64,000 nucleotides of DNA from Longimicrobiales bacterium. Its GTDB lineage: Bacteria > Gemmatimonadota > Gemmatimonadetes > Longimicrobiales > Gaopeijiaceae. Of the stretch, positions 41,205-52,983 are shown in pieces (within the stretch, counting starts at the first letter, position 1; each line of letters begins with the position of its first letter). Below the pieces are notes generated by a model that saw only the letters and a list, made by a program, of their open reading frames with translations, was not told where the DNA came from and searched no databases. The stretch is from assembly GCA_963422615.1 (NCBI GenBank), contig OY730414.1:496001-560000 (forward strand), in the 5' to 3' direction. The position numbers were made by a program, and so were the translations under genes.

Positions 41205-41614
41205 AGGGAATCCCCTTGTACCGGGGATGGGGGGAGGGACGCCTCCTCGTTCTGGGAGAGCCCTTGAGCTTCTGGGGTGGGGTGGACCCCGAAACCGGCG
41301 GGATCGCGGACCCCCGCCACCCCCGCCACGGCGAGCGTCTGGGAGGTCGGATTCTCGTCATGGGGCATACCATCGGTTCAAGCTCTTCCAGCGCGATCAT
41401 GCTGGAGCTCCTCCGCAACGGAACCGCTCCCGCGGGAGTGGTGATCGGGAGGCCGGATGCGATTCTGGTGCTTGGAGTTCTGGTCGCCAGGGAGCTGGGG
41501 TACCCCGCGATTCCCTTTCTGCGGGTAGAGGAAGAGGACGTCAAGCGGCTCCGGGAAGTGGACGGACAGCCGAGCACGGTTTCGGGTTCACGGCTGCGCG
41601 TGGGCATTCTTTAG
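41195..41614 (+). CDS. Aconitase X swivel (small) subunit (DUF126)
   Basis: PLSFWGGVDPETG.I.D.RHP.HG...G.ILV....GSSSSS...LE. Confidence 0.92.
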   Translation: MELKGIPLYRGWGEGRLLVLGEPLSFWGGVDPETGGIADPRHPRHGERLGGRILVMGHTIGSSSSSAIMLELLRNGTAPAGVVIGRPDAILVLGVLVARELGYPAIPFLRVEEEDVKRLREVDGQPSTVSGSRLRVGIL

Positions 41615-41671
41615 CGTTTCCCGCGCCAGACCCGGGGATGTGTGCCCCGGGTCTGGCGCGAGCGAATATCC

Positions 41672-42283
41672 TCAAGACGTCAGCTGAAACTCCGAGTCCA
41701 CAAGCTTTCGACTGACGGCGATGCCGCACATGCGGCCCGACACTGTGCCGGTCCAGCTCCTCTCTTCATCGGGGACGGACAAGTCGTCAACCTTTCCGTC
41801 AATCGTAAGGTCTGCCTCGCAGCTTCCCGACCGTTTGTGGAGCTCCCAGTCCATTGTACCGGTGATCTTTATCTTCAAATCGGCGGCGGTGCCGCCCAAG
41901 TGGCCGTCTAGGACCCCCACCTGGCGGATGTTCGGATTGCCGTCAACTTTGAAGAGGAGTTCTCCGCCGGGGAAAACGCAAGCGTTGGGAGTCAAGGTAA
42001 CGTCAACGGAAGCAACGATTTTCTGGTTGGCTTCGTCAATCTCGATTTTCGACTTGTCCACGATCGATATGGTGCCGCCCCCCGGGCACGCGGGAGTCGT
42101 CAAATTCAGTTGAGGGTCCAGAGCCAGGGACCAGAAGCCGTTCACTAGAGCGAGGGCTTCTCCTTCGGTGAGCGTGTTGTTGTCTTCCGGCGCTGTCGGG
42201 TCGTCGTCGCAGGCCGCCTGAGCGAGAACGAGGGTTGTCATGGCGATACATGAAGGCACGACGTGCGGGATGCGTTGAAACAC
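41672..42283 (-). CDS. Hypothetical lipoprotein
   Basis: Lipobox QAA-C followed by DDDPTAP; beta-rich domain with paired Cys; AAGGAG SD. Confidence 0.75.
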   Translation of the reverse strand: MFQRIPHVVPSCIAMTTLVLAQAACDDDPTAPEDNNTLTEGEALALVNGFWSLALDPQLNLTTPACPGGGTISIVDKSKIEIDEANQKIVASVDVTLTPNACVFPGGELLFKVDGNPNIRQVGVLDGHLGGTAADLKIKITGTMDWELHKRSGSCEADLTIDGKVDDLSVPDEERSWTGTVSGRMCGIAVSRKLVDSEFQLTS

Positions 42284-42503
42284 GTGAGGACTCCTTGAGT
42301 GAGTTGGGAAGAGTGTGGCAAGCGTGGTTCGAAGCCGGAGTTTTGTCCGGGAGCTTCAATCGTGCGGCGCCCGGATGGTTCGGACGCACACCGATGCACT
42401 AACCCAGGGAAGTTTGCTTTGTTCCCTTTTCCGCGATCAAGACCTGCCGTCGGCGCAACCGGCGATCCCCAGCTCGGTTCCCCTCGTGAATGCCGGGAGG
42501 GGG

Positions 42504-43679
42504 TCAGGGCAGGCCGTACCGCTCCAGGTACTGCAGACCGACCTCGTCCGTGCGGACGGCGTACAATTTGCCTTCGCCGAAACCCGTGAGGCGCCGTCCG
42601 GCGGGGAGCTCAACGGTCATCTCCCGGACCCCGGACGCCCCGAATACATCGTAGGCGGGGGCTCGGCCTGCTTCCGTGTGTCTCCGCACCCAGGCCCGGC
42701 CCCCGGGGTCGACGGGGATCCGCCGGTTGTAGAAGGGGGGCTTCGTGCTCGGCCACTCGTAGCGGTCCTCCCATGTTCCCCCCCTGAAGTCCTCCGATGT
42801 TCCTCCCCTGGATGCCATCACGGTTGTGACCCCGTTCACGATCCCGACCTGTATGCCCATCCCTCCTCCGGTTTCGGCGAGGCCCTCTCGCCACTCTTCC
42901 TTCTCGTCCTGGCGGATCCTGACCGGGCCGTACTCGTTTGCCGGACCACTGGTTACGGATCCATCGGGTGAAATCCAATCCAGGTGATAGTCGGCGGACC
43001 GGGCGATTGCGACCCGTCCGTCAAGAGCCACGCCCCACGCGTCGGCAGGAGACAAGGGGACCGGCGAGATCTGAACGTTCTGGTTGAGTCCCCCGGACGA
43101 TGTCCGGGTGTAATCGGTCAGCTTGAAGGTCCCTACCGAGTCCACGGTTTCCGATTCCAGGTCCATTCGCAGAATGTGGGCCGAATCCGGCGGCCCACCC
43201 ATGCCCAGGCGTCCCATGCCTCTGAAGTAGAGTCGCCCCGAGGCGTCCACCCCCTGGGGGATGGCCATGACCAGCTCCTGTCCGGGCCCCACTTCACCCA
43301 CCGTGTAGGGGCGGGTGTTGCCGAACTCAAGCTCAGGGCTCAGTTCCGTCAGCCGTCCGTTGCCCAAGTCCACCAAAAGTGTCCGCCCGTCGGGTAACGG
43401 CCAAACCGCGTCCGGCTGACGATACTCCTTCGGGCCTTCTCCGACGCCCCCGAGGGTGTCGGCGGTACCGGCGTCCAGGTGCACGAGTACCAGCACCTGG
43501 CCCAGGGGGTCGGCGACGAGAACCCTACCGTCGGGCATCTCCCGTACCGTGTTGATCAAGGAAAACGCATGGCCGAATGCGACCTCCGGGTTCCCCAGAA
43601 CCGTCGTCGTCTGGCCTTCCAGGGCGCCGCAGAAAACCATGAGCCCTGCCAGCGAGAGTCCCTTCCCTTTGCCAAGCAT
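42504..43679 (-). CDS. Exported 6-bladed beta-propeller protein
   Basis: Signal peptide; DGRVLVAD, GEGPKEY, DPGGRAWV, YDVF...G, GKLY.V.TD.VG.QYL.RY. Confidence 0.8.
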   Translation of the reverse strand: MLGKGKGLSLAGLMVFCGALEGQTTTVLGNPEVAFGHAFSLINTVREMPDGRVLVADPLGQVLVLVHLDAGTADTLGGVGEGPKEYRQPDAVWPLPDGRTLLVDLGNGRLTELSPELEFGNTRPYTVGEVGPGQELVMAIPQGVDASGRLYFRGMGRLGMGGPPDSAHILRMDLESETVDSVGTFKLTDYTRTSSGGLNQNVQISPVPLSPADAWGVALDGRVAIARSADYHLDWISPDGSVTSGPANEYGPVRIRQDEKEEWREGLAETGGGMGIQVGIVNGVTTVMASRGGTSEDFRGGTWEDRYEWPSTKPPFYNRRIPVDPGGRAWVRRHTEAGRAPAYDVFGASGVREMTVELPAGRRLTGFGEGKLYAVRTDEVGLQYLERYGLP

Positions 43680-43821
43680 CGAAACCCACACTCCTTTGGG
43701 GGCGATCCCCCGGTTCGCGTCATTAACCCGAAAATCTACACATTATGGCCGCCGGTGCGGATCATGGCCACCGTTTGCGGATCACTTGAGTCGGCCGCGC
43801 GGGCTGTTCGCCAACTCCCGA

Positions 43822-46014
<2,193 letters not shown>

Positions 46015-46144
46015 TCTTGTCCTTGACTCGGGGTTGGCGGAGGCACTGTCGGCGGGTGAAGGGACAGGACGCGGAAGTCCTGGCGGTGGTCCTACGCTGT
46101 ATAAGTGTAGAGAGAAGTGCGACAGAAGCTAGGGAATTTGCATA

Positions 46145-46156
46145 AATAATATTATT
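46145..46156. promoter_or_regulatory. AT-rich perfect palindrome AATAATATTATT, candidate regulator site
   Basis: 12-bp perfect inverted repeat within an AT-rich patch between divergent glnA-III and the 46202 ORF. Confidence 0.45.
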
Positions 46157-46201
46157 GTATTTTCTTTTACTCTCTTTGCGTCCGATGATTCCCCAAGTCC
46201 G

Positions 46202-47608
46202 ATGATTTTCTCCCAAGCGATTGCCCGGCTCGGAAGGCTGTCGGGGCGGCCCGGTCCGCGGATCGTGTCCGTCGAAGGCCGGCTGGGCCTTTCGCCGCTG
46301 GCGCCGGTGTTGAAGGCCACGGAGGGTCGACGCCGAGTCGTCTTCGCCTCTCCGGAGCTGACCGACGACGAAAACTTCGGTGCCCTGCGGGCCCGCCTGA
46401 CCCCTCATGCCCGATGGGAGCAGCCGCCGGCCGAATGGTCCCACCTGTTCGGGCAACTCTCCAACATGGACCCCCTCGCCTTGATCATTGAGGATCCAGC
46501 CGGAGTGGTCGCAGCCAACCGTCGCTTCTGGCCCATGCTGGGGGAGGGGTGGTGCCGGGTGCGGCGGCGTGGATCGCGCATTCATCTGTTCCTTGTGACC
46601 TGCGAACGAGGCCTGGGTCGGGAACTGAACCGGCCTGACTCTCCCCTTCGCAGCCGAAGTGCCGGCCTCCGTTCGAACGGAGAGCCGGACCCAGTTGATG
46701 TGGTCGAAGTCGAAGTGGGTAGCCACTACGACCTCGGGCGGGCCGTGCCCCGCTGGCGGGGTCCGGATTTGTTTCTGGGCTGGGCCCTGTTCGGTGGGCT
46801 CCCCGCCCGGTGGACCACGATCGGTCCCGAAGGGGGCCCGGTGGCGTGCCTTCGCCGGATCCTGGAGTGTCCGCCGGAGTCCTGGGTGTCTGGACCGATG
46901 GATTTGCTGCGCCAGGCGGTCACCCGGTCCAACCGATATGCGACCATCCTCCGGGCAGTTGCAAAAGGGGCGCAAAGCCGCGGTGCCATTGCTGCAGCTT
47001 TATCCGCTTCGTTCAACAGGGGGATCGCCGGGCCCTACTTGTCCCGGCTTCGGTCCTTGGGACTGCTCACTGCCGACCGGCCCCTGGGATCGACGTCGGG
47101 CCGCCGCAGCCGGTACCGTCTTTCGGACCCGCACGAGCGGTTCTGGTGGTCCAGGGTACATCCGTTGCGCAGCGACCTCCTCGTTTCCGGTTTCGGTGCG
47201 GAGGCGTGGACGCGCTGGATGGAACCAGCGCTGACACCGGTCCTTCTGGCGGCGATGCCGGAGATCTGTCGCAACTTCCTGCGCTTCGGCTGCGTGGCAC
47301 TCCTGGGGGCCAGCGCCCGGGAAGCCGGACCGCTTTGGGGTCCCGGCTTCGACTTTCCCGTGGCTGCGGTGTTGTACAACGGGGCCGTTTGTTACGGCCA
47401 CATCCACCCCGGTCCGGGGCCAGCGCCGCCGGCTGCGCTCCGGAATCTCGAACGGCAGGTCCGCGTGACCCGCTACGGCTTCGGCCGCCAGGCCCGAGTC
47501 CTTCTTCTCTTTTCTCTCACCGGATTTCACGGGGACCTTCGTAGGACGGCAGCGCGAAACCCCTTGGTGCGACTGATCGGCGGAACCGAGTTGGCGGCGC
47601 AGCCCTGA
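46202..47608 (+). CDS. Degenerate archaeal-type AAA ATPase / wHTH / DUF234-like protein
   Basis: Family landmarks in order (SPL..R, FGG.P, Y.TIL.A.A.G, YL..L..LGL, YRLSDP..RFW, EICR.FL, G.LW), but the Walker A/B and nuclease positions are substituted. Confidence 0.65.
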   Translation: MIFSQAIARLGRLSGRPGPRIVSVEGRLGLSPLAPVLKATEGRRRVVFASPELTDDENFGALRARLTPHARWEQPPAEWSHLFGQLSNMDPLALIIEDPAGVVAANRRFWPMLGEGWCRVRRRGSRIHLFLVTCERGLGRELNRPDSPLRSRSAGLRSNGEPDPVDVVEVEVGSHYDLGRAVPRWRGPDLFLGWALFGGLPARWTTIGPEGGPVACLRRILECPPESWVSGPMDLLRQAVTRSNRYATILRAVAKGAQSRGAIAAALSASFNRGIAGPYLSRLRSLGLLTADRPLGSTSGRRSRYRLSDPHERFWWSRVHPLRSDLLVSGFGAEAWTRWMEPALTPVLLAAMPEICRNFLRFGCVALLGASAREAGPLWGPGFDFPVAAVLYNGAVCYGHIHPGPGPAPPAALRNLERQVRVTRYGFGRQARVLLLFSLTGFHGDLRRTAARNPLVRLIGGTELAAQP

Positions 47609-47831
47609 TATGCGGTGCCAGCGGGAGGAACGCCCGAAAAGGGGGTGGGGAAAAGTCAAGCCGACCGACCGGCCTGACGGGCGCCCGGCCGCCTTGCTTT
47701 CTCTCTGGCTGGGCGTAGCGTCAAGTCGGGTCTGTACCCCCCTTGGGACCCAACGACAAGACGCGTGGGTACGACGCAAGGTTCGTGACGTTACATCAAG
47801 GGGAACCGTGTATCCAGGGAAAGAGGAAATC

Positions 47832-49109
47832 ATGAAGACGACGAGGAGTCCAAGCGCGGTCATCGGCGTGCTGTTCCTGGTGGCTGTGGCGATTGGGTGC
47901 GAGTCGGACTCGGTGGTTGCGCCGATCCGACCCGCCGCCGAAGTGGGTGTGTGCGAAGGGGGCTCGGTCGAAGGTTTTGGTTGCAGCGGCGTCGATTTGA
48001 TGGCGCACATGTCGGTTTCGGACTTGGGGGCGATGTCCGGGGGGTCCGTCAGCGACCTGTGGGGATGGACCGATCCGACATCAGGTCGGGAGTACGCCAT
48101 CGTCGGGCGTGACGACGGAGCCGCCTTCGTGGACCTCTCCGACCCCGGTAACCCGGTGTACGTGGGCGAGCTGCCCGTCACAACAGGCGCGGCCCCGAGC
48201 ATGTGGCGGGACATCAAGGTGTACGCCGATCACGCCTTCGTCGTCTCCGACTTCGCGGGTGCTCACGGCCTCCAGATCTTTGATCTGACTCGGCTCCGGG
48301 ATGTCGACGTTGCGAAATTGCCGGTGACGTTCGAAGCCGATGCTCACTACGACGGGATTCACTCCGCTCACAACATCGCGATCAACGAAGAGACCGGCTT
48401 TGCCTATGTCGTCGGCGCCTCGGGGGGCGGGGAGACCTGCGGCGGCGGTCTTCACATGATCAACGTGAGGGAGCCCAAAACCCCGAGGTTCTCCGGCTGC
48501 TTTGCCGACGTGAGGACCGGATTCTCCCGTACCGGCTACACGCACGATGTCCAGTGCATTCGCTATCGCGGTCCCGACGTGGACTATCGGGACCGGGAGA
48601 TCTGCTTGGCCGCCAACGAGAACGCCCTGTCCGTCGCCGATGTGACGGACAAGGACAGCCCTGTCGCACTCGCCGTCGCGGAGTATCCCCTCATCGGGTA
48701 CCTGCACCAAGGGTGGGTCACCCAGGACCATCGCCATCTCTATATGAACGACGAAGCGGACGAGATCGGTGGCCTCGTGTCGAGAACTCGAACCTTGGTT
48801 TGGGACATCCAGGATCTCAACGACCCGGTGCTGGTCAAGGAGTACCTGGGCACCACCACGGCTTCGGATCACAATCTGTACATTCAGGACCAGTACATGT
48901 ATCAAGCCAACTACCAGAGCGGCCTTCGGATCCTGGACATCTCCGCCCCCTTGAGTCCGACGGAGATTGGCTACTTCGACACGGCGCCGGGGAGCTCCGA
49001 CGAGCCGGGATTCAGTGGGGCTTGGAGTGTCTACCCCTACTTCGAGAGCGGACTGATCATCGTTTCGAGCATCGGCGAAGGGCTGTTCGTGCTTACGGTT
49101 TCACGGTAA
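47832..49109 (+). CDS. Choice-of-anchor B / LVIVD-repeat lipoprotein
   Basis: Lipobox AIG-C; DLWGWTDP..GREYA, WRDIKVY, AHNIAIN, HDVQC, YLHQGW, DHNLY, YQSGLRILD, GAWSVYPYFESG. Confidence 0.88.
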   Translation: MKTTRSPSAVIGVLFLVAVAIGCESDSVVAPIRPAAEVGVCEGGSVEGFGCSGVDLMAHMSVSDLGAMSGGSVSDLWGWTDPTSGREYAIVGRDDGAAFVDLSDPGNPVYVGELPVTTGAAPSMWRDIKVYADHAFVVSDFAGAHGLQIFDLTRLRDVDVAKLPVTFEADAHYDGIHSAHNIAINEETGFAYVVGASGGGETCGGGLHMINVREPKTPRFSGCFADVRTGFSRTGYTHDVQCIRYRGPDVDYRDREICLAANENALSVADVTDKDSPVALAVAEYPLIGYLHQGWVTQDHRHLYMNDEADEIGGLVSRTRTLVWDIQDLNDPVLVKEYLGTTTASDHNLYIQDQYMYQANYQSGLRILDISAPLSPTEIGYFDTAPGSSDEPGFSGAWSVYPYFESGLIIVSSIGEGLFVLTVSR

Positions 49110-50811
49110 AGCGGAGCATCATGCCGGCGTGTAGGTGCTCGGCGATGTGGCAGTGGAGCATCCAGTCGCCCGGGTTGGACATTTCGACCAGAATGTCCAT
49201 CGTCGAGCCCACGGGGACGATGGCGGTGTCCTTCCACACCAGATTTCGGTTGGGCGCGCCGTCCCGGGCCAGAACCACGAAGCGCTGCCCGTGGACGTGG
49301 ATCGGATGGTTCATGGGATGAAAGGAATCGGGTGAGTTGAAGACACGGATCTTCACCCGGTCCCCCCGATCGAAGGTCCAGTGGATGTCGCCGTTTTCGA
49401 GTCCGGTATCCGGATCGCGAAGGATCCACGTGACCTGCATGCCGGAGGAGAGCCAGTTCATCATCGGCATGGCGTCGTTCCACTCCACAGGGGGAATGTA
49501 GAGGGAGTCTGCCTCCATCGAGCGCACGATGGGCAGAGGCAGCGCCTGGACCCGGACGCTTGCCTCCAGCGTGTAGTCGGGGTCTCGGTCCAGGAGCTCC
49601 CGCAGGGGTTCGGTTTCGGCGACGACCGATGCGTTCTCGCGAAGTCCCGAATACGCTTCGCTCACCTCGTCGTTGATGGGCACCCCGGAGACGCGCACCA
49701 GCGCCAAGGTATCCACGTGGGGGTAGAACTCCCCTCGGAAGTGGTTGACGGCCTGAATGGTGTTTGCGATGGCCACGGTGCCCTGGGAAGGGAAGACCAC
49801 ATCGGCGACGTAGCGCTCTCCGGGTGCAATGACGACGCTCTGTACCCAGGTCTCCCGTTGGAACCGACCCAAGTCCGAAGCCACAAGCTTCACCCGGGCC
49901 GACCCGAAGGTGACGTTGAATGTTCGGGTGTTCGCGACGTTCGTCAGATAGAAGCGGATGACTTCTCCCGGCGCCGCGCTCAGCGTGTGGCCGACGAGCC
50001 CGTTGACCAGCATGACGTTTCCGAATCGCCCCATGAGCGCGTGGGTCGGTGCTTCGTTTCCCCACGGGATCAGGCCGTGGTCATCCATGAGGATGTCGTC
50101 CAGGACCAGGAGTTCCTCTCGGTGGGCGGGGCCATAGTGATCCGGGTCGGGAGACGCGACGAGGAGGTTCCCGTACAGGCCCAGGTCCTGCTGGACGTCC
50201 TCCCGGAGATGGGGGTGGTACCAGAACATGCCGGCGTCCGGGACCCGGAGCTCGTACGTGAAGGACTCTCCCGTCGCGATGGGGTCCTGGGTCAGCCCGG
50301 GCACGCCGTCGAAGCGGTTGTCCAGGCGGAGCCCGTGCCAGTGGACGGTCGTAGGAAGCTCGATGCGGTTCGTTACCCGGACCGTCACCACCGAGCCCTG
50401 GAGCGCCTGGATGAGCGGCCCGGGATACTGTCCGTTGTAGCCGTACATGGCCACCGTGTGCTCCCCCAGCGTCCGCCGGACCAAGGTCACGTCGACGTTC
50501 AGGGTGTCGCCGGGTGCCAACCGGACCGGGCGGCTGGGCTCCGCCTCGGGAAGGGTGGATACGTCGATGCCGGCTCCGGGGAGAAAGACCCCGACAGGCG
50601 GGACCGCTCCTTCCAGTCCCGGAATCATGGGCATGTTGGGGTCCATCGGGGGCATGCGCCAGCCCCTCGCCGTGTCCATGGGGTGCCCTTCATGATGCCG
50701 CATATCCTGAGCCTGGGTGGGACCCCCGGAGAGGGTGGCCCAGATGGCCGCCGAATGGGCCAGGAAAGCGAGGAGCCGCGTCGGCGCTGCCGTCGTCCCA
50801 TAGGCCGCCAT
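49093..50811 (-). CDS. Multicopper oxidase
   Basis: All four Cu motifs present: HWHG, WYHPH, HPIHVHG, HCHIAEHLHAGM; Met/His-rich N-terminus after a signal peptide. Confidence 0.95.
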   Translation of the reverse strand: MAAYGTTAAPTRLLAFLAHSAAIWATLSGGPTQAQDMRHHEGHPMDTARGWRMPPMDPNMPMIPGLEGAVPPVGVFLPGAGIDVSTLPEAEPSRPVRLAPGDTLNVDVTLVRRTLGEHTVAMYGYNGQYPGPLIQALQGSVVTVRVTNRIELPTTVHWHGLRLDNRFDGVPGLTQDPIATGESFTYELRVPDAGMFWYHPHLREDVQQDLGLYGNLLVASPDPDHYGPAHREELLVLDDILMDDHGLIPWGNEAPTHALMGRFGNVMLVNGLVGHTLSAAPGEVIRFYLTNVANTRTFNVTFGSARVKLVASDLGRFQRETWVQSVVIAPGERYVADVVFPSQGTVAIANTIQAVNHFRGEFYPHVDTLALVRVSGVPINDEVSEAYSGLRENASVVAETEPLRELLDRDPDYTLEASVRVQALPLPIVRSMEADSLYIPPVEWNDAMPMMNWLSSGMQVTWILRDPDTGLENGDIHWTFDRGDRVKIRVFNSPDSFHPMNHPIHVHGQRFVVLARDGAPNRNLVWKDTAIVPVGSTMDILVEMSNPGDWMLHCHIAEHLHAGMMLRFTVKP

Positions 50812-50812
50812 C

Positions 50813-51451
50813 CTACTCGTACCCGTAGGCAGCGCAGTTCTCTTCTTCGAAGGGACCGTGTCCGGCCATCGTGTGCATCATCCCACTGCGCGACATGCCG
50901 CGAATCACCACCGGGCCGCTCCAGGCGACGGCGTCCGGGTCGAAGGTGGGCTCCAGGGTCACGACCAGCAGGAACTTGTTCCACGAGACTTGGCCCGTGA
51001 ACGACCAAGGATCGGTCAGCTCCCCGGAGAGAACGATTCGATCCAAGGTCGGGGTGGCCGTCCACACCACGTATGCCCCGCCGGGAGGCCGGTTGAGGCG
51101 CTGGAAACGGATCGTGAAGTCGTACAGGTAGCTGCCGTCTTCCGCGAGGGCGATGCCATAGGGGGATGGGCTGAAGCTCACCTCCCCCGCACCCGTGGCC
51201 CGGCCGGTACCGGGAACCCTGCCGGTGGAGACGAGAGGGAACCGGTAGTACTCGGGCCCTGCACCCGACCGGGGGCACGCCGCGTGGGCCGAAGCCGGAT
51301 TCCTGGCCGGCTCATACGAAAATTCCACCGGAAGCCTCACGGGCGGTTCGGCAACCCCGCCGCCCTCCAAAGGAGTCGGCGCGAGAAACGCCGCCCCGGC
51401 GGCCACCCCCACAACCGCTGGCCCCGGAAGCCCGCCGAACCGTCCCATCAT
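50813..51451 (-). CDS. Hypothetical exported protein with Met/His-rich C-terminus
   Basis: 3' part of the long ORF 50813..52867. ATG 51451 overlaps the upstream stop (TGATG); hydrophobic N-terminus; ends GMSRSGMMHTMAGHGPFEEENC. Confidence 0.75.
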   Translation of the reverse strand: MMGRFGGLPGPAVVGVAAGAAFLAPTPLEGGGVAEPPVRLPVEFSYEPARNPASAHAACPRSGAGPEYYRFPLVSTGRVPGTGRATGAGEVSFSPSPYGIALAEDGSYLYDFTIRFQRLNRPPGGAYVVWTATPTLDRIVLSGELTDPWSFTGQVSWNKFLLVVTLEPTFDPDAVAWSGPVVIRGMSRSGMMHTMAGHGPFEEENCAAYGYE

Positions 51452-52788
51452 CAGCTCACCGGACGCTTTACCGGACCCTCGTCCCATTTCTGGGCCGACG
51501 AGATGTCCGGCATCCCCCAGTCCTCCCCGTTCCAGCCGCTGAATCCTTCCATCTTGAAGGTCCAGAATCCGGTGGACATGTCGCTGATCACGATCAGCCC
51601 GTCGGCGTTGCGGATGTCGATTCCGAAGGCGCCGTTGAACATGGGGTAGCGGTCCTTGTTCGGGGGTCCGACATACGTGTCGTAGTAGCCGACTGTAACC
51701 GGATTCTCCGGGTCCATGAGGGAAAAAATCTGCAGGCCGTCCAGGTAGCCGGAGGCGAATACGTACGGCCAGCGAACCTCGTGGTTGTGCACCAGGTTCT
51801 CCCAGTCCGCCGTCCAAGCGGACAGAGGCCGGCTGATGTTGGTCACCTCCCCGTCCAGCGCGGGCTGGAGGTCGAAGATGCGGATCGGGGCGTACTGGTA
51901 CTCGGTCTCGGCAACCGCGTACCGGCCATCGGGACTGGGCGTGAAGGTGTGGCCGTATCGGACCCCGCTCACGCCTGCCAGAGAGATTCGGAGCTGCGGG
52001 TCGTCCAGGTCCGTGACATCGTAGATGTAGTAGCCCCCGGTTCCCCCGCCGTAGAAGCGGTCTTCGCCCGTGTCCGGATGATAGCCGACGTAGAAGTCGT
52101 GGTACCCCCGGCCCGAACCGCTGCCTTCCGGGGACTCGGGAACCGGGACTCGGCCGGCCAGGGCATTGTCCAAATCGCCCGACACCACCCGACCCAGGTC
52201 GTATACATGGGCGAAGGGACCGCGTACGGTAGCGAAGAGGAGGACGCGGCCGTCGGAGTGCTTGTAGATGAAGATGTTGTGGAATCCCCCGGGAAGATCG
52301 GGCTCCCGAATCCGCGCCACCTCCCGTACCGTGGAGGGATCGGGAAGTCCGGTCACATCCAGAACCACCGCGCCCAGATCGGGGTTCGGTCCGCCCTGGC
52401 CGAACTGGAGAGACTGCACCACGTAGTAGCGGTCGCCGATCTTGAAGTGCTTCACGTCCATGCCCCCGGTCCGCATATGCAGGTCCTGGTTCTCGATCCG
52501 CCACTCGTACAGGAGTTCGGGCTTTTCGGGGTCGGCGATGGAGATGATGTCCAGACCCTTGGGTCCCCTGTCTCCATAGACCATCCGCCCCACATACGCG
52601 TAGGGCCGATCCATCTCCTGTTCCAGGTCCAGGTCCGACACGGAAAGGCGGGGTCCCAGGGGGATGTGTCCCAGGACATCCATGTTGTCGCTGCCGGGCT
52701 TCGAGGGCGTCCACTGCCCCTGAACGGACGAAGCCGCCAAGAGCAACCCCGTGAGGGCGACGTAAAGGTCCTTGATTCGAAGCGACAT
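51451..52788 (-). CDS. Exported LVIVD-repeat beta-propeller protein
   Basis: Signal peptide; repeated GL.I.D/S..DP..P units (GLDIISIADPEKP, YIYDVTDLDDP, GLQIFSLMDPENP); His motifs HNIF, HDFY, HTFT, HNHE. Confidence 0.85.
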   Translation of the reverse strand: MSLRIKDLYVALTGLLLAASSVQGQWTPSKPGSDNMDVLGHIPLGPRLSVSDLDLEQEMDRPYAYVGRMVYGDRGPKGLDIISIADPEKPELLYEWRIENQDLHMRTGGMDVKHFKIGDRYYVVQSLQFGQGGPNPDLGAVVLDVTGLPDPSTVREVARIREPDLPGGFHNIFIYKHSDGRVLLFATVRGPFAHVYDLGRVVSGDLDNALAGRVPVPESPEGSGSGRGYHDFYVGYHPDTGEDRFYGGGTGGYYIYDVTDLDDPQLRISLAGVSGVRYGHTFTPSPDGRYAVAETEYQYAPIRIFDLQPALDGEVTNISRPLSAWTADWENLVHNHEVRWPYVFASGYLDGLQIFSLMDPENPVTVGYYDTYVGPPNKDRYPMFNGAFGIDIRNADGLIVISDMSTGFWTFKMEGFSGWNGEDWGMPDISSAQKWDEGPVKRPVS

Positions 52789-52983
52789 GACGGTTTCCCC
52801 CCTGGCTGGAATGCGGCTGGATGGCTTGACCCAAAATGCAACTCTGCACCCATCCCCTTGAAGTCAAGCTAGCCCCACCTTCTTCCTTTGAGCAAACGGC
52901 CTTGGCGTCCTCGATGGCCGACCGGGCCGCTCGATCCTTACCTCATGCGCAAAGGGGCCCTGCGAGATGGGTGTCGTAGGGGT

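Noticed and set aside
50813..52867. 684-aa ORF read as one protein
   Set aside because: The upstream two-thirds is an Arg/Pro/Gly-rich alternative frame over the LVIVD gene; only 50813-51451 looks coding.
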